A stretch of 64,000 nucleotides of DNA from TPA_inf: Saccharomyces. Its lineage: Eukaryota. Made by a program: the position numbers and the translations under genes. This document shows, piece by piece, positions 34,860-43,717 of this stretch (within the stretch, counting starts at the first letter, position 1; every line of letters starts with the position of its first letter). Location: assembly GCA_000146045.2 (NCBI GenBank), contig BK006943.2, forward strand, positions 544,001 through 608,000. The letters are read 5' to 3'. The notes beneath the pieces are model-generated. The model did no database searches. It worked only from the letters and a program-made list of their open reading frames with translations, and had not been told where the DNA came from.

Positions 34860-36221
34860 ATGAACAACACTTCCATAACCGGACCACAAGTACTACATAG
34901 AACAAAAATGAGACCACTACCAGTGCTAGAAAAATACTGTATCTCGCCACATCATGGGTTTTTGGACGACCGGTTACCCTTGACCAGACTGAGCAGCAAG
35001 AAATATATGAAATGGGAAGAAATCGTTGCTGACCTGCCCTCTCTTTTGCAAGAGGATAACAAGGTGCGGAGCGTCATCGATGGGCTGGATGTCTTGGACT
35101 TGGATGAGACGATCTTGGGCGACGTCAGGGAGCTCAGAAGAGCATATTCCATTTTGGGGTTTATGGCGCACGCTTATATTTGGGCCAGCGGAACTCCCCG
35201 GGATGTATTACCGGAGTGTATTGCAAGGCCACTGTTGGAGACAGCACATATTTTGGGTGTGCCACCGTTAGCTACGTACTCCTCGTTGGTGTTATGGAAC
35301 TTCAAAGTGACCGACGAGTGCAAGAAAACGGAAACCGGGTGTTTGGACTTGGAAAATATTACAACGATAAACACATTTACGGGAACCGTTGACGAAAGTT
35401 GGTTTTATCTGGTCAGCGTGCGGTTTGAAAAAATCGGCAGCGCTTGTTTAAACCATGGGTTGCAGATATTGAGAGCCATTAGAAGCGGTGATAAAGGAGA
35501 CGCTAACGTGATAGACGGGTTGGAGGGCTTGGCTGCAACGATCGAAAGGTTATCGAAAGCCTTGATGGAAATGGAGCTTAAGTGTGAACCCAATGTATTT
35601 TATTTCAAGATAAGACCATTTTTGGCCGGGTGGACGAATATGTCGCATATGGGGTTACCACAGGGTGTTAGGTATGGAGCGGAAGGACAGTATCGGATCT
35701 TTTCTGGCGGGTCCAATGCGCAAAGCTCGTTGATACAGACACTGGACATCCTTTTGGGTGTGAAACACACTGCGAATGCTGCGCATTCTTCCCAAGGAGA
35801 CAGCAAGATCAATTATCTGGACGAAATGAAAAAATACATGCCAAGAGAACATCGTGAATTTCTTTACCATTTGGAATCGGTATGTAATATTCGCGAATAC
35901 GTTTCTCGTAACGCTTCTAACCGTGCATTGCAAGAGGCCTATGGACGTTGCATTTCCATGCTGAAAATATTTAGAGATAACCACATTCAAATTGTTACCA
36001 AGTACATTATTTTGCCCTCCAATTCAAAGCAACACGGCTCCAATAAGCCGAACGTACTAAGTCCAATCGAGCCCAATACCAAAGCAAGTGGTTGTTTAGG
36101 GCATAAAGTTGCCTCATCTAAGACTATCGGAACCGGTGGTACAAGATTAATGCCCTTCTTAAAGCAGTGCAGGGACGAGACTGTCGCCACTGCGGACATT
36201 AAAAATGAAGATAAAAATTGA
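34860..36221 (+). CDS. BNA2: Indoleamine/tryptophan 2,3-dioxygenase (de novo NAD+), 453 aa
   Basis: Track ORF begins at TTG 34560; the 100-codon in-frame leader has no ATG; first ATG at 34860 gives MNNTSITGPQVLHRT, 453 aa IDO-like. Confidence 0.9.
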   Translation: MNNTSITGPQVLHRTKMRPLPVLEKYCISPHHGFLDDRLPLTRLSSKKYMKWEEIVADLPSLLQEDNKVRSVIDGLDVLDLDETILGDVRELRRAYSILGFMAHAYIWASGTPRDVLPECIARPLLETAHILGVPPLATYSSLVLWNFKVTDECKKTETGCLDLENITTINTFTGTVDESWFYLVSVRFEKIGSACLNHGLQILRAIRSGDKGDANVIDGLEGLAATIERLSKALMEMELKCEPNVFYFKIRPFLAGWTNMSHMGLPQGVRYGAEGQYRIFSGGSNAQSSLIQTLDILLGVKHTANAAHSSQGDSKINYLDEMKKYMPREHREFLYHLESVCNIREYVSRNASNRALQEAYGRCISMLKIFRDNHIQIVTKYIILPSNSKQHGSNKPNVLSPIEPNTKASGCLGHKVASSKTIGTGGTRLMPFLKQCRDETVATADIKNEDKN

Positions 36222-37239
36222 CATTATACATTTTATTAACGCCCCCCCTTTTTTTTTTTTTTTTGTTGATGCAGAAGCCTCGCAACTTAAAGCTTTTCAG
36301 TTGTTTCTTCTTGGTCATATTTTTTATACATATATACATACATATATGCATGTGCTGTGTACTACATGCTGCCTTTCTTCAATTTTTATGTATAGACAAG
36401 GAGGCCAGAAAGATATTATAAACAATGTTTTTTATGTGAACTTCGAAGTACTTTGAAAATCAACCCTCCCATCTTGCGAGACGGTCGCAATAAACAGTGA
36501 GGGTCTGTTGGCAAGCTCAATGATCTTTGAATTTACATCGTTAGCCACTTGTTTCTCTAAATTGACACCGTTATCATTCACGTTGCTCTTCTTAACGTGG
36601 CCCTTGGACGTTAGTTTAGTTAGAATATTATCTTTGGATGTTGTCATTTCATGCGTTTGAATCAATATTGTTCTTGGACCTTTAATCTTCATAAAGTACG
36701 AGTCGACACCATAAATGTATCTTTTTTCGTACTGGTTACGGATCCAACTGCGCATTCTTTTGAAAAATTGAACAGTATGTCCGTAAGCAGATTTTAGCGT
36801 TTGGTTCTTAATGAATTTAGGTGCCACCGTATCATTACTTGAATCTCCGACGTACGCGCCTTCCACGTGTAACTCTTGTCTCTCCACTGAATTTGCAATA
36901 TCCAATTGACTTTGGCCGTTGATGGCCAAAATGTTTCTGGAATTAACCAGAATTTTGTCGCTTTCATCAATTAACTCAATTGAATATACCAACCCACCTC
37001 CACATACTAACACATTTCCTCTCCCATTCAGAATTTGAAATTTCCGTGGTAGTTGTGATTTTGATGAGTTCGAGACTAAAGACCTTGCAGAGGGAAAGAT
37101 AGGCGATTTGATTTCCAGACTGGAGTTCTGTTCAAATGCGATAATTGAATCCTTGCCAAATACATTCCAATCCTTTGTCCCGGTCAAATTCAGTACGGAC
37201 AAGCTTCTTGAAGAATCGAAAGGTCTTCTCGATGTTTGA
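36205..37239 (+). CDS. YJR079W: Putative intron-containing ORF of unknown function. Exon 1 starts at the ATG at 36205, overlapping the BNA2 stop. Exon 2 lies antisense inside AIM24. Exact exon junctions are not determined.
   Basis: ATG at 36205 (MKIKIDIIHF...) begins 17 nt before the BNA2 stop; branchpoint TACTAAC at 37006-37012 followed by CAG at 37029-37031 on the plus strand; I could not confidently place the 5' splice site; end coordinate recalled from the reference annotation, not derived. Confidence 0.25.
36242..36264. repeat. C7T16 homopolymer tract immediately 3' of BNA2, inside putative YJR079W exon 1
   Basis: g(c)7(t)16g; encodes PPFFFFF in the YJR079W frame; also a likely terminator/NDR for the BNA2-AIM24 convergent pair. 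Confidence 0.85.
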
Positions 37240-37616
37240 AAGTTTGGGGCAGCCAGAATTTCTAAAACGGAGGATCCAATAATTCTATGAAACAATGAAG
37301 ATTTGAATGAACGAAATTTAATCAGGTTTGACCAAAAATTCAGCCATTTATAGGAAAGGGATAAATGGTTCAAATTGTGAATGGAAACTAGGCAATCCTT
37401 TTTGATACAAATTGGAATATCTGGTTGAACAGTGATAGATGCAATTTTACCATTTTCGTCTACTAGCCTGAAACGGGAAGTCGCAATATCCTTGCTTAAG
37501 TTCTCGATATATGTCCTTTCTTTAGTTACGACATTACTCTCCGTCTTGGCCGCTTGTGGGCTCAAAAGAGAAATTGATCTCTGCCAAACTCGAGTATTCA
37601 CCCTTGGGCTTATCAT
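36432..37616 (-). CDS. AIM24: Mitochondrial inner-membrane protein Aim24, 394 aa
   Basis: MISPRVNTRVWQRSISLLSPQAAK... with an N-terminal presequence-like region. Confidence 0.9.
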   Translation of the reverse strand: MISPRVNTRVWQRSISLLSPQAAKTESNVVTKERTYIENLSKDIATSRFRLVDENGKIASITVQPDIPICIKKDCLVSIHNLNHLSLSYKWLNFWSNLIKFRSFKSSLFHRIIGSSVLEILAAPNFQTSRRPFDSSRSLSVLNLTGTKDWNVFGKDSIIAFEQNSSLEIKSPIFPSARSLVSNSSKSQLPRKFQILNGRGNVLVCGGGLVYSIELIDESDKILVNSRNILAINGQSQLDIANSVERQELHVEGAYVGDSSNDTVAPKFIKNQTLKSAYGHTVQFFKRMRSWIRNQYEKRYIYGVDSYFMKIKGPRTILIQTHEMTTSKDNILTKLTSKGHVKKSNVNDNGVNLEKQVANDVNSKIIELANRPSLFIATVSQDGRVDFQSTSKFT

Positions 37617-37913
37617 GATGGGTGGATATCCTTTTCTGTGCTTCTGTTTTGTTTATCTGTATCCGTTTATTCGCCAGCCAATAAAATGACTGGGAGCACG
37701 GGACCTTTGAAATTTTGCCCTTGTTAGTAAATCGTTATAAAAATACTTATATAGATATTTTATAGAAAATGAAAAATAAAAGAAATAGCCAATATGTAGG
37801 TATATCGAACTTAAAGGTCACCTGTCGAAATCATTTCCTTCTTCTCTCTTTTTCTTTTCAATCAGATGTTTTAGAGCGGTCAAGCAACGTAAATACCAAC
37901 GTGTGCTATCGCA

Positions 37914-38255
37914 TTAGTCGTTTTGTGATTGGCCATGCTGCTGCTTCACGTACGTAGCACTACTTAATGAAAAAATACGATCATTGTTATTGAATGCAGA
38001 ATCTGCATGGCTGTGGTGTGACTTGGAGAAGGTATCAAACCCTTTTATGATGTTACCAGAATAGTGTGATTTTGACCCATGGGCTCCCCCATGACCTGAA
38101 TGGTTGTTATTACTATTGTGTGAGAAATACTCGGTCTCTTTATCATATATCTCTTGTTGTAAGTTGTCAAAGGTATCTTCTTGCTCTCTTCTATCTTGGA
38201 GGGACTTTTTTAGTTCCGCTTTCAATGCTTCATAACTTTTCAGCTCATCAGTCAT
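37914..38255 (-). CDS. EAF6: NuA4/NuA3 histone acetyltransferase subunit, 113 aa
   Basis: MTDELKSYEALKAELKKSLQDRREQEDTFDNLQQEIYDKETEYF; coiled-coil Eaf6 fold; His-rich tail. Confidence 0.9.
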   Translation of the reverse strand: MTDELKSYEALKAELKKSLQDRREQEDTFDNLQQEIYDKETEYFSHNSNNNHSGHGGAHGSKSHYSGNIIKGFDTFSKSHHSHADSAFNNNDRIFSLSSATYVKQQHGQSQND

Positions 38256-38607
38256 TTTCTTCTAGGCGTAGGTTGGTAACAAACGGAAAGATGATGGAAA
38301 ATGGCTGTTCTCTAAAGATGTTTATCTTACGTATATTCTTTGCTTTCGTTGTGGCTTTACACACCTTTAATCATTAATTTAATGGCATAGTCGGCAAGTT
38401 GTTGAAGGACCTGGGTTAATCGCCTACATGTGAGGTTTTTTTAAAAATATCAATTACATTTAAAAAAGGAAAGCAGTAGTACCAAAAATCGGGCAAAAAA
38501 AATTTACCTAAATAAAGGAATGCATAAATGAAGCCGTTTAATCTTTGTATTTAATGAGAATATTACATATGAAGGTCTCTTGAGAAAGCATCAATAGTGG
38601 ACATTAG

Positions 38608-39537
38608 CTACCTTTTAAATAAATGAACGGGTATGTCACCCATGGGTTCAAACTCTTCATCATCCTCGTCTTCACTGCGTACTTCATCGTATTCGTAACC
38701 CAAATTTTCTTTTATGTAATAGTGATCTTTCTTACTTTTCCTCTTTTCCAAAAGGTCATCGAATTCGTCCTCTTCCATATTCATTTGATTGAATTTGTTA
38801 AGTATTCTTTGTAAGAATGGTGTGTTCTCCCCAGCAGTTGCCGTGGTATTAGCATTCTTCATAGTATTCCTTGGGGGTAGCAAGGGAGGACCCGATGTTG
38901 GAGTTGATTCTGAACTACGGCTTGGAGCAATATTTTGCATACGTTGTGACCGATTAGGCGGAGGGTTCGGTTTACGATTGGGTAGAGTGTTATTTATGTT
39001 GCTATTAACATTATTATTGGGCTTACTAAAAAAATCGTTTATACTCTTTTTTCCCTTGAGCATATTTGGTGAATTATTTACGTCCACAAATGTCTGTTGA
39101 ATTCTTTTGGTAAAAGTAGAGAGGTATTCACTTGGGTTCTGGTTACCTAATTTCTGTTGTCCATTTCGGGGCAGTGTATCTTTGAACTGTAACTCTAATT
39201 GTTTTAATTCTTTTTGGGCGACCTCTAATTTGAAACTAAGTTCATTGATTTCTCTGTGTTTTGCAGCTAATTTATATATTAAATCTTGGTCTGTTGAAAT
39301 CGGACTTGCGTGGTCGCTCACGGGTGACTGATTTGTCGTAGATCTTTGCGGACTTGATATAGGTATAGCAAGTCTTTTGGGCTTTAAAGGTGTCGTAACC
39401 CTTGGTGATTTTGATTCAGGCTGCACTTCATGTTGTTTTTGATGCGGCTGTTGCTGCTGTCCTTGGGAGTGTTTATCGACAATCGACAGCTTATGTAATT
39501 CAATTGGTTGACTAATTACACGCTGGTCTTCTGACAT
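38608..39537 (-). CDS. ACF4: Actin-cytoskeleton associated protein Acf4, 309 aa
   Basis: MSEDQRVISQPIELHKLSIVDKHSQGQQQQPHQKQHE...; low-complexity S/N/P-rich. Confidence 0.88.
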   Translation of the reverse strand: MSEDQRVISQPIELHKLSIVDKHSQGQQQQPHQKQHEVQPESKSPRVTTPLKPKRLAIPISSPQRSTTNQSPVSDHASPISTDQDLIYKLAAKHREINELSFKLEVAQKELKQLELQFKDTLPRNGQQKLGNQNPSEYLSTFTKRIQQTFVDVNNSPNMLKGKKSINDFFSKPNNNVNSNINNTLPNRKPNPPPNRSQRMQNIAPSRSSESTPTSGPPLLPPRNTMKNANTTATAGENTPFLQRILNKFNQMNMEEDEFDDLLEKRKSKKDHYYIKENLGYEYDEVRSEDEDDEEFEPMGDIPVHLFKR

Positions 39538-39732
39538 TACTTTAGGGCGTATGTATGGATGTATTTTGTATTGCTTTTGGCTAGTTAGTAGTATTCCTCA
39601 ATCGTATTGTTTTTGATTTTGAAAAAGCTAACGATAAAGGTCAGGAAAAAAAAAGAAAATTGTATGTAAAGGAATGTCTGGAGAGAGTTACACAGGAACA
39701 GAAAGGTCCAGCAACGGTTTCTACAACCAATC

Positions 39733-41004
39733 ATGGATGTTGATATAGGATGTTATTTTGAAGAGAAACGCTATGACGACAAACTGTTAGACTTCATCAG
39801 ATATGACGTTAAAACACCTAAAAAGACTAAATATATACTACAAAGGCCTACGGCGACAGATGAAGAGAGTGTACGATTACAAAGGTTTTACCAATTAGGA
39901 GTAGATCTAAAATTGAAGTATTCCAAGCGGAGGTCATTGAAGAAGCAAGGGCGGATCAAGAATGCTACTGAGGAATTGCTGCGATTAGCCAATGAACAGT
40001 TGAAACTTTTCAACAGAATAGTAGAAAGAGAAACCAATTGGATAATTTATCCGCTGTGGGTAATGGCTAAACAATTAATTCGTCTGGCAAACGAATCTAG
40101 TGAACTTAATAAAGACTCAATTGAGGAATGTGGACGCACTATCCATAGAAGCTTTACTATATGCCTCAATGATAGGAACCCAAGATTGAATGAAAATAAA
40201 AAAATCGGGTGTTATATGTTTGCTAATCTAGAGTTTTCCATCTACCATCGGTTAAGTAATAAAGATATGATTAAAAATTTAGTGAAAGTCCTCGAGAGCA
40301 GAGTGAACGCCCGGGATATACCACCGTTGAATAAAAGCCTGGCAATGGAACATAAGTCTCAAGTGGTGTTGTATAATTATTATCTAGGTCAATACTACGG
40401 ATGTCTGGAAAACGATCACGAACGCGGGTTCTTCCATTTAAATGAAGCATTATTGCAATGTCCAATGCTATATGTGGAATCTACCGGCAAGTTCGTCTTA
40501 CAGGGCCAAATGGAAAAGATAATGATACTGCTGGTTCCGCTTGCTCTTTTAACTAAAAGGTTGTACCCTCACTGGGATCATCCAGTAATCGCCGGAGTAA
40601 TTACTAGGAGTAAGCGCTTAAGTCAAGTTTATCCGACATTAGTGCGTAGCGTAATCTCAGGGAACCTGTCACTGTACGAGGCTACCGCAGCAAGCCATGA
40701 AAGATTTTTCCTTTCGCAAGGATTGCATGTCGTCATCACATTACTTCGAGAGGTGGTCTTCACTCGGTTGGTACAACGATGTTGGCAATGGGGGAATGAT
40801 CGGAAAAGTATCATGCCCTTGAAAATTCTTCTGGCAACAAAACAACACGATAGTTCTGCCAATGAGGACGAAGAGGAGCAGTTGGATGCCCTAGAATGCC
40901 GTCTAGCAAGTGCTATAGCAAGTGGGCTTTTGCGTGCTTATCTTTCTCACTCCAACCGCTGCATCGTTTTCAGTAAGAAGGAGCCCTTTCCCCATAGCAA
41001 ATGA
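39733..41004 (+). CDS. CSN12: PCI-domain protein (CSN-like / splicing factor), 423 aa
   Basis: MDVDIGCYFEEKRYDDKLLDFIRYD...; PCI domain in the C-terminal half. Confidence 0.88.
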   Translation: MDVDIGCYFEEKRYDDKLLDFIRYDVKTPKKTKYILQRPTATDEESVRLQRFYQLGVDLKLKYSKRRSLKKQGRIKNATEELLRLANEQLKLFNRIVERETNWIIYPLWVMAKQLIRLANESSELNKDSIEECGRTIHRSFTICLNDRNPRLNENKKIGCYMFANLEFSIYHRLSNKDMIKNLVKVLESRVNARDIPPLNKSLAMEHKSQVVLYNYYLGQYYGCLENDHERGFFHLNEALLQCPMLYVESTGKFVLQGQMEKIMILLVPLALLTKRLYPHWDHPVIAGVITRSKRLSQVYPTLVRSVISGNLSLYEATAASHERFFLSQGLHVVITLLREVVFTRLVQRCWQWGNDRKSIMPLKILLATKQHDSSANEDEEEQLDALECRLASAIASGLLRAYLSHSNRCIVFSKKEPFPHSK

Positions 41005-41119
41005 TAGAAAAATAGTCAATAATTGAACGAAGAAAAAAAAAAGAAAGTTTGTTCATAAAAGAATATCATATTATATATATATATAGGGTCGTATATATAT
41101 CGTGCGTCTTCTTCCTTCT

Positions 41120-41437
41120 CTAAGGGTAAAATTCCTTGTATTTGTTATAATAGTAGTAACTGCCGAGCCCACCCAAAGCTGTCAAAACGACAGGGACAGG
41201 TTTAGTGAACCTGGAAGGCATGCCTCTTATGACACCAGCACCAAGTAGTAAGGTCGATGCACCCAATGCCATTTCGAGCCCACCATCTCTATTCATATGT
41301 AGCAAGTAACCGGCAATCCCATATACACTACCGAATACTAAGCCAGATACTAGAGATGGAATGGAGCCCTTACGGTAGTATCCCATAAGGCCACCGGCTG
41401 TAGTCAAAAGACTCAATGTATATGCTGGATGTTCCAT
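41120..41437 (-). CDS. TMH11: TMEM14-family small membrane protein, 105 aa
   Basis: Four short hydrophobic helices, Gly-rich (MEHPAYTLSLLTTAGGLMGYYRKGSIPSLVSGLVFG...). Confidence 0.85.
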   Translation of the reverse strand: MEHPAYTLSLLTTAGGLMGYYRKGSIPSLVSGLVFGSVYGIAGYLLHMNRDGGLEMALGASTLLLGAGVIRGMPSRFTKPVPVVLTALGGLGSYYYYNKYKEFYP

Positions 41438-41950
41438 AGTGTGATCTGATGTTCCTTTCTCTCAAACTTCGTTTCTGTCTTGTCTCCCGCTGTTACCTAA
41501 TAACTTCATGTGATCTGCTCCCCCTTCTCGTTAAATACCACCTTTTCATCAACCCCGTAGGGCGCGACACGTCTAAAATATTAACCTCTGAATACTTATT
41601 GGGTCAAAATGAATGTTGATAACTTTCCTTTACAAAAAAAAAACTAATAGAGTATATGCATTTCGGTAGTGAAATATTCGTTAATGCTAATATGCTCAGT
41701 AGTGATCCTAGATTACCAGTTTTACTGCAGCCATCGTACAATTTTGGAACGAGTATAAAGAGAGAAATTAAAAACGACAAGAAATATTCGTACTAGCTTC
41801 TCTTCCGGCTTGATGACAGTCTTAATATCATCTGCAACTCTTGAAATCTTGCTTTATAGTCAAAATTTACGTACGCTTTTCACTATATAATATGATTTGT
41901 CAATGTGATGAGTGAATGTCTCCCTGTTACCCGGTTTTCATGTTGATTTT

Positions 41951-41957
41951 TGTTTCA
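41951..41957 (-). promoter_or_regulatory. Pheromone response element (Ste12 site TGAAACA), about -114 from STE18 ATG
   Basis: Plus strand tgtttca is the reverse complement of TGAAACA; a near-copy ggttttca lies about 25 bp upstream. Confidence 0.4.
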
Positions 41958-42067
41958 GGCTCTAAATGTTTGATGCAATATTTAACAAGGAGAACAGAAA
42001 TGTTTTGTGACAGCACCTGTCAATTTTAGGATAGTAGCAATCGCAAACGTTCTCAATAATTCTAAGA

Positions 42068-42400
42068 ATGACATCAGTTCAAAACTCTCCACGCTTACAA
42101 CAACCTCAGGAACAGCAACAGCAACAGCAACAGCTTTCCTTAAAGATAAAACAATTGAAGTTAAAAAGAATCAACGAACTTAACAATAAACTGAGGAAAG
42201 AACTCAGCCGTGAAAGAATTACTGCTTCAAATGCATGTCTTACAATAATAAACTATACCTCGAATACAAAAGATTATACATTACCAGAACTATGGGGCTA
42301 CCCCGTAGCAGGATCAAATCATTTTATAGAGGGTTTGAAAAATGCTCAAAAAAATAGCCAAATGTCAAACTCAAATAGTGTTTGTTGTACGCTTATGTAA
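42068..42400 (+). CDS. STE18: Pheromone-pathway G protein gamma subunit, 110 aa
   Basis: PolyQ tract (QQPQEQQQQQQQ), G-gamma coiled coil, C-terminal CCTLM (palmitoyl-Cys + CaaX farnesylation box). Confidence 0.95.
   Translation: MTSVQNSPRLQQPQEQQQQQQQLSLKIKQLKLKRINELNNKLRKELSRERITASNACLTIINYTSNTKDYTLPELWGYPVAGSNHFIEGLKNAQKNSQMSNSNSVCCTLM
42098..42133 (+). repeat. STE18: Coding CAA/CAG repeat in STE18 (polyQ)
   Basis: caacaacctcaggaacag(caacag)3...; translates to QQPQEQQQQQQQ. Confidence 0.9.
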
Positions 42401-42494
42401 TGATAGTAATAGAATCCAAAAAAAAAAAAAATATACATGCTTTTTCATATCCTCTCTCACCCTATCTTTTTTTTTCTTCTAATTTTGGCTCCGT

Positions 42495-43373
42495 TCATAT
42501 CTTATTCAAAATTAATTCAGCGGTAATCTTATCTTTATTGTTAGACTTCGCAGAAATTTCCTTTAGCTTCGATGCAGATAGTTTGATCAAGTCATTTTGT
42601 TTATTACGTCCCAGTTCGCGAGAAATGATGTTAACCAATGCCCACCCTTTTAGGTATAGTTCGCTAAGTTCAACGCTCCTCAAAGCATTCTTTAATGCCT
42701 TTTCCAAGAGCTCGGTCTTGGTTTGTTTCTTGCTACGTAGAGCCTCATAATACAGAGTCTCACTTAGCCTACCAAAACAAGCGTAATTGAATGGTGTAAT
42801 ACATAGGACCTGTTCCAAACAATAACAGGCTTTTTCAAATTGGCCCATTTCGAAATAAATCTCGCTGGCATACCACCACAATTCTGCATCAAGCGGGAAT
42901 TTATCTGTAAGAGCTACCACTTCTTTAAGAACACTTTCTTGGCTCAAGTTCTTGGAAGTTGTCTTGATAGCTATCAATTTCTTTGCAATAGAGACATAAG
43001 TAACGAAGTCCGTTTCATACTCCAGATCATCATTCAACAAATTTTCCAGATATTCAATAGCGCCTTTATCATTTCCGTTTATCTGCAATAAAGTGGCTTT
43101 CATGATTACCATTTTATACGAATTTTCACCAAGACGATCTCTTAATGTATTATAAACAACTTGCGCATCAACGTCTTGGTTTCGGTACACCAAAACATAG
43201 AAAAGCATTTCCATCAAGAAGAAATAGTTTCCTTCTGTTAGTGCAGAGTCTCCGCTTTTCATGTAAATTTTCATTTCATTTTCTAGTTGCAGTAATTGTT
43301 CTGGATTAAATTGAGTATACGCTTTGGTATTCATAATTGTCAAAAGCTTTTCTCTAACCAAATCCTTCAACAT
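42495..43373 (-). CDS. EMC2: ER membrane protein complex subunit 2 (TPR), 292 aa
   Basis: MLKDLVREKLLTIMNTKAYTQFNPEQLLQLENEMKIYMKSGD...; TPR repeats; convergent with STE18 (94 bp between stops). Confidence 0.9.
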   Translation of the reverse strand: MLKDLVREKLLTIMNTKAYTQFNPEQLLQLENEMKIYMKSGDSALTEGNYFFLMEMLFYVLVYRNQDVDAQVVYNTLRDRLGENSYKMVIMKATLLQINGNDKGAIEYLENLLNDDLEYETDFVTYVSIAKKLIAIKTTSKNLSQESVLKEVVALTDKFPLDAELWWYASEIYFEMGQFEKACYCLEQVLCITPFNYACFGRLSETLYYEALRSKKQTKTELLEKALKNALRSVELSELYLKGWALVNIISRELGRNKQNDLIKLSASKLKEISAKSNNKDKITAELILNKI

Positions 43374-43717
43374 TGTTTTATCTACTGCTTTCTATAATTT
43401 TCTCCGTTCCAATGCGATCCAATGCCTTTCATTCATACATAGTTATTTATTTCATTAACGATCCAAATCTCTTTACTTAACTTCACTAGTCAACGCTTCT
43501 AACACATCACGCGATACGAAGATTAACAGTTTAGTATAATATTGCAATACATACCCATTTCACACATCGGTCAAGGTCATCAAGCACTTTTAGTTATAGT
43601 GTGTCCTATAGTTCTTTCAGATTGATTGAGGTTTCATATTAGTGTTGAAAGCCTAGCTAAAGTTCTCTGGGCGTGCAACATTCGAGGACACATCGGTTGT
43701 TTATACCTCATGGGATT

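Noticed and set aside
41900-41930. Possible a1-alpha2 haploid-specific operator upstream of STE18 (tcaATGTgatgagtgaATGTctc)
   Set aside because: It contains two direct ATGT half-sites, not the inverted CATGT...ACATCA arrangement with the correct spacing, so it does not fit the hsg operator consensus.
42382-42750. ORF overlapping the STE18 3' end and EMC2 (dubious YJR087W); also 25892-26284 inside LIA1 (dubious YJR071W)
   Set aside because: They overlap conserved genes on the other strand and have hydrophobic low-complexity translations. These are classic dubious ORFs.
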